A DNA stretch of 64,000 nt from Felis catus (lineage: Eukaryota): contig NC_058368.1 of assembly GCF_018350175.1 (NCBI RefSeq), positions 154,134,001-154,198,000 on the forward strand, read 5' to 3'. Positions 52,651 through 64,000 of this stretch are shown in pieces (position 1 is the stretch's first letter; every line of letters starts with the position of its first letter). A model generated the notes under the pieces. It did not search any database and was not told where the DNA came from. It saw only the letters and a list, made by a program, of their open reading frames with translations. The translations under genes and the position numbers were made by a program.

Positions 52651-55224
52651 AATAATATTAATAATAATAAAATTACTATAATTGTTGATCAAATGAAGTT
52701 TGTATTTAATAATTCATGACTACTTTCATTAACTAAGCCTGTGATTTCTAAGTTCTATAAGTTGTTATCATGTATACTTGTATACTAAGTATATTGGGTG
52801 TCACTGTATACTAAGTTCTATATAGTTATCAAGTATTAAAGACTTTCAAAAAACAATGATAATCTACTTATTTTTAAAAAGAGGAAAATAAAGGGAATTT
52901 TAATTTTAAGTGTCTCTGGTACATTCAGATAAGGGCAATGCTAAGTCAGAGTCTTTTTACTTATAATTACAGAAATAAAAGTACGAAGTATTTGCTACCA
53001 ATACATACTGCCACATTTTTCATAAATAAGATTTCCATGTTGAATAGTTAAGTCTCTAGATTCTTGATTGTATTCCATTGGTTTGATTGTACCCCATCAT
53101 TTAATTACTAAAATTCTAGTAATTAATAATATTAAATAATATATAATTATAATGATATGAAATTATATGTGTAATATATAATTTCAAATAGTAATATTAA
53201 TTACTATATTTTTCATAGTTAGAAATCTGGTATCCCTACCTTGTTCTTCAAAATTATCTTGGTGTTCTTGGCCCCCCTCCCTTTTTTTTTTATCAGTCAC
53301 ATTTTGATAGTCTATGAGATTTTGTGTAGAATTACATTGATTGCAGAGTAGTAGAAGTTGATTTTTGTCATGGAATATTAATTCCCAAGCACTCTATTTT
53401 TCTTCAAAGTATTAGTATTATTACCTTATGTTTTCTGTTACTGGTGTATAATCAGCGTATTTTATGTATGGATTTGTGTCTAGCACTACTACTGAAATCC
53501 CTGGTGATTTTTTATCATTTCTTTATTTCACTCATGTCACTTCCAAATGAGGAAGTATTTTTCTTACATTCCATCTATACACACTAGGACTTCTTCATTC
53601 AATATTAAGTAGAAGCAATGACAATGGGTTTCTTTTTCTAGATTCTAATTTTGAACACATAGCACCAATATAAATTATCCTCTAGATTTATAACTTTTAA
53701 GAGTCTAAGAAAGTCTTATATTGAACTAGTTCACTAAGAGTTTTATAAGTGGAAATTGAATTTTTTGAAATATATTTCTCCAAAATTTTCTTTAATCTAT
53801 TTTAAATATGAAACACATCAAATTAATGTATTTCGTAAAATTAAACCAATTTTACGTTTTTGGGACATATCCAATTTTGCCATAAGGTATTACTAATGCA
53901 TTGTTGGACACCCTTATATACTTTTACATTTTAAATATAAAAAAAGATTATTTATATCATCATAATCATTATTGTCTTATTAAGACGAAAGACATTGTAA
54001 GAAAGATTCTAAAAACTAAATCTCATAGATAACAAATAGTAGTAAATTAGTATTAATGGCCTTTCATTTTATCAGTAAACTTCAGATACTTTTTGTAAAA
54101 TTGCACAATTAGAGAAAGCTGACGGCATTTTCCAAACTACAAACCAGCTTAATGAAACAACTCTGCAGTAGAATATAAATCCCACAATGAATGTTTTCCT
54201 AATTTACAAGGGGATATAGTACTGAGATTATCACAGATTTGCAAATCAAATGCCTTTTATATCTTTATGTAAGTAAAGAAGAAAGGTAATTGAGCAATAC
54301 AGAAATAAGAAGAAACTTACAAAGCACTGCTGGCTGTTCTAGTACTGTAATAATGATAGAGTCATGCTAATGGTGATCACCATGCCAGGAGTTCCTTCAT
54401 ATAAGTAACAGGTAGCATAACTCATACAGAGTAAAAACCCTGGTACATAGCCAATACTCCATCATTGGGTTTTTTGGGTTTTTTTTTTTAATGAATAAAT
54501 TAATGAACAACAAAACATTTAAGCCCCATGCATTCAGCAAATTCAGCAATTTTCTGTATCAATGGTAGTTTAAGTTAAGCAGAATTGTTGTCTATTTGTT
54601 ATGACTGCCTATCTGGTAGTTTTAGGTGATTGTCAAAGAATATCAACAGTACAGGAGAGAATCTATACAATTTTAATGAAACCTAGTATATTTCTTGATT
54701 CACTTTGAAGCGGGATATCAGATGTGTCCTGAACCAGTTAATCTCTTCCTTCTGGAGTCAATTTTTATTTATGCATTAATTGGAAATTACTAGAAGGAAA
54801 TAAATTCCTAAGGAAAATTTTAAAAATAAAGATACAATCAACAAAGAGAGAGATCCTCAATCAATTATTAATAAAAAACTATAGAAATGCAATAAAATTA
54901 GACAAAATCAAATTTTTTAGAAATAGATATGGCGGCATCCAGAAATATTATTTACTTTGATTAAACCTCCACGTATAAATGGATGTGGGGATCATTCCTT
55001 CATGTTATGCTTTGGAAAGATTCATTAGATTCTAAATATATACATAATTATGTAAACTTAAGAGAAACTTTAGGGTTTCTCTTAAATACAGAGCATCACC
55101 TCATGTCTGATAAACTTCAAGGGAGTGTCTCAATATAAGAAAACAAAGTGTCTGAAAACCTGGAAATAAAAAATATGACTGTGTGAGATAACACTGTGTA
55201 AAAGTCCCAAACTCAGCTCTTTAG

Positions 55225-55400
55225 CTGAGTGGATCACATTTCCTGAATTTGGCTCTAAATCTGTCACTTCGTCCTGCTGTGAAGCAACTCACTTAATATC
55301 TGTGAGTCTTAGTTTCTTTATCCATAAGTTGGATAAATTATTCAATAACAATCATCAAATTATTCAATAAATCCTAACATGTGGGATTAAATTTCTAGAA
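55225..55400 (+). mobile_element. MIR fragment
   Basis: ctgtcactt..gctgtga..cacttaatatctgtgagtcttagtttctttatccataa. Confidence 0.6.
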
Positions 55401-56547
55401 ATGCCTGGAATTAACAAAAGCATAAAATCTACATTTTCAATTCACTGTTAGAGTTACATAATTTAAGATTAAAGAATGAAAATGTTTTGATTTCATCACT
55501 ATCTAATTGTGGTCAGGAAAGAGGAAATTATAAATTTACCTAAACTCAAAAAAAATAATATTGAGTGAAAGTATGAATACAATTTCAAAACATAACCTCA
55601 GGATGAATCTTTGAAAAGTATTACTTGAAATAGACAAACTGATAAAAACGGACTGTCTAGAATAGTCAGGTATAGAAAATATTTTTAAAAATCTGTAAAG
55701 TGGAACAAATTTTTCAACTTAAAATTAGAAAAGTGGCCCATGTCCATCCTTTAGCAAAATGATCACTCTTTTTATTGAAAAAAGACATCTGTAGCCACTC
55801 CACAGATTATGAGAATTGTGATCAGAAACATAGCATATGGTACCAAGTGATGAATCTGAAGAGACACAGCTAAGTTTAGATCTAACCACAATTTCTAGGT
55901 TTCACTTTAAAACTAAATGTAAGAAACATTCTGGCATCATTTATCATTAAATGGGGATAATATATGATCTCATTCTTAACTGCTCTTTTAAAAAAGTATG
56001 AATGTAACGCATACTTCCTATTTGGTCTTCTGAGAAAGTACTTGTTCTTTTGATTTGTTTTTGTTTGTTTATTGCTGGCAGTTACACAAAAAATAGGACT
56101 GACAATAAGAGAAAAATAAATATTAATTATGTACATATATAAAATTTCAAATGAATATGTGAATATAAAACTCATAAATGAAGCATGCAAGTAGGTCAAA
56201 ATTATAATTATATTCCAAAGCAATTCTGAGAAACTTTGAATAATCAAGCTGTTCCAGATGATTTCTCCAATGCTACAGTATCACATATTCATTAATTCAT
56301 CCATGGTTATGTCATTGAAATAATAGATAATGTAAAATTTATCATTTTTGGATCCTGAAAACTTTTTTTCAGCAATTTAATCTATAATGGATACCCATAC
56401 AAAGTAAGGTATAAAATCTCTAAGTTTGTACAAAATGCGTAATAAGAAGAATGGGCAAAAACCTATTATTTGTAAAATAACCATTGTATCTCAATATCAA
56501 AGTAAGACATTATTTTGAGACTTTTATTCAGGGATCTATTTTCTGTT

Positions 56548-56671
56548 GGTAGATATCACAGTTCATGAGCTCAAGCCCCACATCAGGCTCTGTGCTGACA
56601 GCTCAGAGCCTGGAGCCTGCTTTGGATTCTGTGTCTCCCTCTCTCTCTGTCCCTCCTCAGCTCGCACTCTG

Positions 56672-56705
<34 letters not shown>

Positions 56706-56730
56706 AAAAATACATAAACATTAAAAATAA
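56548..56730 (+). mobile_element. 5'-truncated Can-SINE (felid type)
   Basis: Begins near ..atcacagttcatgagctcaagccccacatcaggctctgtgctgacagctcagagcc; the A-box head is missing. Confidence 0.93.
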
Positions 56731-57014
56731 AGAAGTAAATAATATATCTTTAGGCCCACTTCTCTATTTAACCACTGTGCTGATTTTACCATATATTGGA
56801 AAAGTGGTGGGGCCATCCACTTGTGATCCTACACTAGCTGCATATTTGGACACAGAAGAATCACTGTATTGCTGTCATGCCATTGAGAGCTTTCTGTCCT
56901 GGGATTGGTGCAACAGGTGTGTGACAGATTCTTTCTGGAGCATTTGCCTAAAACCATCATGAAAATATTTTTCTTGTTTAGTCGATTGGTTTATCATCTC
57001 CTATCTTAAAGCTG

Positions 57015-57255
57015 TAGGATAAATGTTAAGGGCACAAACCAAGATGCCAGAATACTGGAATCCAAACCTTAGTCCTTCAGTTATTTGCTGTGGGGACATG
57101 AAAAAATATGTGAGTACTCTGTAGCTCAGATTTTCAATTGTAAGGTAGGGGAAATATTAGTTTTATCTTACTGTGTTTAGGTTGAATAAATTAATGAAAG
57201 TATTTTATATTCATGCTTGACATATAATTAACACTTAACAAATGTTGTTATAATT
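57015..57255 (+). mobile_element. MIR
   Basis: gttaagggcac..tgccagaatactggaatccaaacctt..ctctgtagctcagattttcaattgtaa..acacttaacaaatgtt. Confidence 0.7.
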
Positions 57256-57284
57256 TATTTACCATGCTTTGCCATGTATTTCCT

Positions 57285-57289
<5 letters not shown>

Positions 57290-57331
<42 letters not shown>

Positions 57332-57547
57332 TTATCATCTACTTATGTGTATCTATTTTTGAGAGAGAGAGAGAGAGCACGCACAGGGGAGGGACAGAGA
57401 GAGAGAGAGAGAGACACAGAATCTGAAGCAGGCTCCAGGCTCTGAGCTGTCAGCACAGAGCCTGACATGGGACTTCAACTCATGAACTATGAGATCAACA
57501 CCTGAGCTGGAGTTGGATACTTAATTGACTGAGCCACCCAGGCACCC
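57290..57547 (-). mobile_element. Can-SINE (felid type) with (TTTA)n
   Basis: Antisense gaatctgaagcaggctccaggctctgagctgtcagcacagagcc..ctgagccacccaggcaccc. Confidence 0.97.
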
Positions 57548-57982
57548 TTTCTTTATCTTTTTTAATACTGACTTTCTCCTTCTTGGAGTCTTCCTAGGAA
57601 ACATGATACCAATCTTCCTGTGGCTCAGATGTATATGGCTGTTAAGTTCATAATTTTATCCAAATCTTGGAGGAAGGAAAGGTGACAGAATTCCTGTTTA
57701 GAAATCTAATACCATCTAAGATCTTGAATATGGTATTATTACCATTGTCTTTTGAAATCCTCGCTTCCATGGTCATGAAAAACGTCATCTGATCTCATGT
57801 TGGAAGGACTGGGAGCTTGAAAGGCTACATTTGAATCATCATGTATTGACTATGGCTTATGTCTCTCAGTGCCTATAGTTTCTAAATTGAAAATTATTTT
57901 CTTGGCTTACTATATTACCTCTATCTCCATGTGTTAGGGATTTTTAAAATTGTGACTTGTTTTCACTTATCTGTTTTTTTTT

Positions 57983-58555
57983 ATGTGTTTTTAGAGTGTA
58001 ACAAATTATTACAAATTTAACAGGTTAACAATGCCCATTTATTTGCTCATAGCTCTGCAGGTTAGAAGTCCAGGTGGGCTCCATGGGTTCTCTGTTCAGT
58101 TAAAACTTAGATGTTGGCCAACGTGGGCTTTTATTTGGAGTCTCTGGGGAAAAATCTTCTTCCAAGTTCCTTGTTGAAGAATCTGGTTTTGTGTAGCTAT
58201 GGGACTGAGGTCCCATTTCCTTGTTAGCAGGCAGCTCATGGTTGCTGTTTCTAGGGACCTCTCTCATGTTTTTTCCATATGGCCCTTCCTTTTCCCAATG
58301 AGCAACAGTTCCTTAGAGTCCCTTGAAGCTTCCAACCACTGATTTTCGCTTCCGCTACCAATTGGAGAAAACACTGTTGTTTTAAATAGCATGTGTGATT
58401 ACATTAGGCATGCTCTGATAATCTCTCTATCTTAACCACAACTAACTGGTAACCTTAATGATATTCACAAAATTCCTTTGCCACATAATGTAATTACAAG
58501 ATTAAAACCATTGGATAAAGGGCACGGAGACCATCTTAGAATTTGGCAGATCACA
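57983..58555 (-). mobile_element. MaLR solo LTR (MLT1D/E-like)
   Basis: gtaacaaattattacaaattta..ctcatagctctgcaggttagaagtcc..gggactgaggtcccatttccttg..ccatcttagaatt..caca. Confidence 0.85.
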
Positions 58556-61500
58556 CTCAGGCAAGGAATATGTAAAGATAAAGGGGGTTGCTTCTATGGA
58601 GAAGAATTAGGGTAATAAAAATCCCGGAAGAAACACTGTCAAATAATTCAAAATAGTTTATCAACACATGCATCGTGTGTTACTTTTCTTTCATATATGG
58701 TTGCTTGCCTAAACCATCATTTCATGAATTACTATTAAATGAGTAAATGCATAGCAGTAAAATGAGAGAGACAGGGGCCTCATCCCATTTATTTTCTTCC
58801 ATTTTGTGAGGGTAATTGCCAAATATTAATTCAGTCATCTTGTCCTTAAGATAAACCTTTTCTTACTGCATTATTTTTACAACCTTAATATCTACCTTTC
58901 AAATAGGACTTAATTCAAGTTTTTTTTAAAGTGTTTTGTTCATTATAGAATCCTTTGTTTGAACTTTTTGTTTTTATAATTTGGTTATTTTGAACTTTGT
59001 GTTCATTTTTGTTGCCATTTGTTGCCTGTGTATTTAAAAATTTTGATTTATTAGAGAAATATTGGCTTATATTTTGCTTTTTCCTATAAGATGTTAAAAT
59101 TTATTTTGAATATCATGAAGAATTATGATTGTATCCAAAAAGAGTTTTCTTCTTCCTCTTTTTAATCCATTTTTTGAGAAAGAATTTAGGATAGTTGTCT
59201 TATTCTCTGCTCCTTTCTAGAAAGGAAATAGCCATTTAGGTATACATTTCTTGATAAGATAGAATTTTTTTAATTATAGGAAATCTGGCCTAAAACATGT
59301 ACTTTTTTTTTAATGCTACCCATGGTTCTCTGGCCTGAAACTGTATGCCGAGGAACTAGTTGGTCTCAGGCTGAGCAGACAGCCCATTCCAACAACTTTT
59401 TCAGAATTGAGAATTCAAAAGCCACCTTTATGTTCAAACATGCACAAGTCTGTATACATCAATGACTAGAGAACAATGCCAGTTTTCTTGCCTAGCCTTT
59501 CTGTTAATCAAGAGTTTAATTAAAATACTAGAAATATACATGTACTCTGTCCAATGAAAACAGAATTTAGCATTTGGCACTTTTATTTGTCTTGATTTCA
59601 CTCATGCAAAAGTTGATATATTTGGAGCAAAGCACGTGAATAATTCGGTGCTAATGGGTTTAGCTTTTCGTGAAACCATAGAAAGTTCTATCCTCTACCT
59701 TTTGGATTCTGCTTTTCTGGGGGGAGAAATAAATCTTTTAGGCCTCAGAATGAGAGCTTTCCCTCACCACAGTCATCTATATTTATCTGCAGTCTGTCAT
59801 TCAAAGGCATTTGTGTTTAAATACCTGCTTCAGAAGTCATAATTTCCATTTGAATCCTTCAGAACCATGTACCTAAGCTTCTTAGATATATTCTCTTCTC
59901 TCACTCTACATGTTGCCTTTCCAAACTTAATATGACAAAATAGTGAGATATTTCATGTACCTGCCACTGACTGGAAGTTTGTGAATTCTGGAAGCATCTG
60001 TTTCCTCTTGCTGCTAAAGAACAAGAAATCCATCCAATTAAGAATGGTGAAAGAGGATGGAATAGTTGTCTTGGTTTTGTAGGTAGTTATCCAGTAGAAT
60101 TCAACATGAAATTTCCAATCTTGGGGAATCTCAATTATGTGATAGACAAAATTTTTCCCCTTATAAGAAATAAGGTAAATTAAAAGGCTTTTTAAATTTT
60201 TTACAAATCTTTAATTAAAATAAATTTTCACCAATACTCAGTGATTCCTTTTATTGACTATTATTTTTCATGCAAACATGGAAGGGAGAAGACAAGTGTT
60301 ACTCTAAATGTCAAAGAAGCCATGCAATATTTTACGAAGCTGCAATAATTGATAAATATAGCAGACCAAATCAACCAAAAATGGACATCTAGTGGTAATT
60401 CTCGGATCAGCTAGCGAAATTTACTCCTAGTCTGCTCAAACAACATGCTTATATACAGAAGAATGGCTAAATAAGTATAAATTGTATATAAGATTTTATC
60501 ATTTTCTCTACTTAGTTGAACTCCATTGGAGTCCTTTTTTTGTGTGTCAGAGGAAGGAAAATGTGACCATTAACGTAATTCCTTTTTTTCTGTTAGTGAA
60601 AATTGCAATACAAAATAGGTAATGCAACTCCACTGCTGGCCATGAACAGTAGTACCTCAGCATATCTCTACATGAAAGCTTATTTTACTATCACTTAAGG
60701 AACTCATTACCCTTTTATGAGGCTTACATGCTGCTTTACAAATATAGCACTCTAGTAACATTATGGAAGCATCATTATTCTTGCCAGTGGCATTTTTTGA
60801 AGCAAGGAAAAACTAGTTTGAAAATAACTTCCTTAGTGTTCTTAGTCTTTTGTACTATGCTAATATTTTCCCAAACTTTTGTTGAAATCATAGTTTTATT
60901 TTAGTTCACCCACCATCTGGACATTATTAAAATGTGAGAAAGCCTGTATGATTCTGATTTAATTGTTGAGATAAGAAACTTCTTTGGATCATCTTTAATA
61001 GAACAGACTTCAGGCCCATTTGTACACAGGAGCCAGTGGAACTTCAACATTAACACTAGCTTAACACTGAAACCGTTGTGATGAAAATATCAGAACAAGT
61101 TATTTTGGTTCAAAAGAGTCCAGTTAACTTAGAACTGTGGCTGGCTACATTAAATTAACACTTACAGAAGAATATGGCAAAATCCTATGTGAGACGGTCA
61201 TCCCAAGTCATTTGCTTTTAATAAAAACTAGAATACGAAAATTTGCTTATGATTATTTTACATAAAAAGAGAAAAGATTCAAGGTTTAAAAAAAACCTGT
61301 TGTTACCACTTTATGATATTTATTCTTAAGAAAGTAGATGATCAAGTTACAGTAAATTTGTGGGAATTGAGAGAGCATTGATTGTGTGTATCTTGCAGGT
61401 GATATTATTTCTCTTGGTGTCATGTGAAAATAAGCATATAAACAGAACCAACTCACTGCAGAGGATACTTGATTTGCTAATTTAGCACCTCCCAATTTAA

Positions 61501-63582
61501 GGCAGGCCTCTCGATCCGCCTATCTTTTAGAAAAGGATATTTAAATATTAATGAGATATTCTGACAGGAAAATTTTGCCACGTAAATGGCAATGAGAAAT
61601 TTCATGAAATGCATTTAAATACATTTCTTAAGGCAATAAAACCATGACTTCTAGGATTCAGAAGGTAATGTCTCAAGTACAGCAGAATGGATAGCTAAGG
61701 ACTTGTTAATTTCTATTGCTATATGTAAATGATTTAGTTCTAGGGACAGTCTGAGCTGTCTAGAGTTAATATCCAACAGCTGTTTTAAAATATGAGTGTA
61801 TTTGAATTATTTATTAATATCAACCAACTATCCCTTTTTCCAATACCTACCTGACTACAGCCTTTCTAAAAACAAAATGAAGATTTTTCTCTATATCATA
61901 GAAAAGGACCTCCAAGAGCTACCTGTTCAACTTCATTTATTTATTTATGTTTGGCTGGCCCTGATTTGAACCAGGATGTATGCCAGGGCAGCTGGGGTAA
62001 GATGACACTACAGGGATATGAAAAATTCATAACTATAAAGTATCAGGTAATGAATAACAAATGTATTCACTATTTTGTACATTACATGACAGCTAGTTTT
62101 AAAATGCTACATATTTTTTCTTACAGTGAGAGCTCATTATAAAATTATTAATAGATATTTTTATTGCCCATCCAGGAACTTTTAGAAGACCAGACAAGAC
62201 ACTAGAAAGGAGGCTCTTTTAACTTATGCAATTGTTGATGTTAACATTCTAAACACAGTTTGTAGTTTTATAACTGAACCTAAAAATATGTCAAGTAAAT
62301 TTGTCTGAAATTTCATTTTTTCAGACGGAAAAGACACCTGCATATTTGGTTCAATTGTCAGGTTATAATATGCTAATCCAATTTATTTGAATTTGGATTT
62401 TTTTAAGCTTTAGAAAACTGACTTTAGAATCCTAATGAATGAACTTTTCATTTCTTTCCATCTAAGTCGTTATTGGCAAAAATCAATGTTGAATTTTGAC
62501 AAAAGTCCTGATATGAAGTTATATAATGTGAGCTTGAAATTTCTCATCGGTTAATCTTACTGTCCATTTCAATTCACTTTTCTGTGTTTAATCTCACTTG
62601 ATGGGAAGAATAGTATATTGTGTTCAAATATGAAATAATTCTAAAAAGGAGAAAACTACTCAAAACCTTCAGCTGCGTGGTAAAATTGTATAATTTATGT
62701 ATATGTTGATGTCTTTATTTCAAAATAGTCCAGTCAGTTATTATTTATACACAAAATATCAATGCACGGTATCTTTGTTGCACTTGAGCATTGGTTAAGA
62801 CAGAACCATTGTAGAAGACTGGCCTTCACCATTCTCCTATTTCAGAGAACAGGCTTTCTAGGAAATGAGACAATGTGGTTGACTTTTCTTTAGGAACAGT
62901 AAGGACGAGATGTATAAATTTTTTTTTAGGTCATTGGCATATTAGGGTTCAACTCTCAGTTAATAAGGATTAGGAGAAAGGAGGAGGAGTCCACCATGGC
63001 AGAAAGGGTCAAGAGGTGATGAACACTGGCCTTGTCATCTTTTAAAGTTGATTCAAACTGAAAAGTAACTCAAACTTTAAAGAAACTTTGGAAAGAATGA
63101 CACGTAAGGTCTCAGTGAACCCTGACATTTCATTGTTCATAATTAACAAATATGAATAAAACATCAATTATGTGAAAAATGAAAAAGTAGATGCTGTATT
63201 ATGGTTAGTTGTGACAGCGTTTCTTTTTTTAAGGAATGTTAAAATACCTCAATAACAAGTTAGATTTTTGACCTATCATATTATGCAAAGGCAATGACTA
63301 AACAAAATATGCAGCAGTCTCACGTGTCCATCTGGAAATTTAGACCTCAAGATAAATATATTTAACTTATTCTTAAGATTAGTTATGCAACTCTGTTATG
63401 ATTAGAGTGTTAATATGAGCGCATTCAAATAAGGATAAGAAATGTAGACCTGAGAAAGCTAAAATTCAAGAAATTCCCTGAGCAATGATTGTGATTTGAT
63501 GAATTGACTGTTGACAGGTATTTATCTGCATCACCCTGGTGGTAAATTCTACTGATTGTATTGATAATATTGATAGTATTTT

Positions 63583-63768
63583 GGGGATGCCTGGGTGGTT
63601 CAACTGGTTGAACATCTGACTCTTGATTTTGGCTCTGGTCATGATCTCAGGATCGTGAGATCGAGCCCTGTGGGACACCTCACTGAGCATGGAGCCTGCT
63701 TAAGATTCTCTCTCCCTGTACCTGTGCCCCTTTCCTGTACTCATGCTCTCTCTCTAAAATAAAAAAAA
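63583..63768 (+). mobile_element. Can-SINE (older pan-carnivore type)
   Basis: ggggatgcctgggtggttca..gactcttgattttggctctggtcatgatctcaggatcgtgagatcgagccc..ctctctaaaataaaaaa; degenerate TSD. Confidence 0.95.
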
Positions 63769-63827
63769 ATTGTTGATTATATTTTTATTCATAAATCAGT
63801 TTAACCGAGAGGCTTCATTTATTACCT

Positions 63828-63945
63828 TAGCAAATATTTATTGAACGTGTATTATGTCTCCAGGCATTATTCAAGACACAGAATAAAAGGATAAGGAGAA
63901 AAAAAAAAAGAGATGGTTCCTCTTGCTACCATGTATATTTTGGAG
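63828..63945 (-). mobile_element. L2 3'-end fragment
   Basis: caaatatttattgaacgtgtattatgt..caggcatt matches the antisense L2 terminus. Confidence 0.6.
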
Positions 63946-64000
63946 ATAAATTCTAACCAGGCTAGGGTTCCATTTACTATTAATAGAGCCATGATTTACC

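Noticed and set aside
61575..61620. Adjacent palindromes ttgcca-N6-tggcaa and atttcatgaaat
   Set aside because: Orientation and spacing match neither NFI nor RFX consensus; short AT-rich palindromes are common.

Overview
AT-rich mammalian genomic DNA, almost certainly from a felid: it carries felid-type Can-SINEs (SINEC_Fc-like) and a young felid-type L1 3' end. I find no convincing protein-coding exon, RNA gene, CpG island or CRISPR array, so the window looks like deep intron or gene desert. The ORF track is mostly explained by antisense SINE/L1 sequence and microsatellites. The window is a layered transposon record: 14 Can-SINEs of several ages (one near-consensus copy with a perfect 15-bp TSD), young and old L1 fragments (two 5'-inverted, one internally collapsed, one retaining its 5' end), MaLR (MLT1) solo LTRs, an ERV-L pol fossil fused to part of an MLT2 LTR, MER20, MIR and L2. 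Three stretches of unique sequence look like cis-regulatory candidates: about 11.1-12.8 kb (CpG-enriched), 24.6-25.0 kb (TAATTA cluster) and 33.2-34.8 kb (CpG-enriched, SOX/TCF motifs). I did not find evidence for a novel biological system. Family names come from recalled consensus sequences, not from a search, and boundaries of old elements are approximate.
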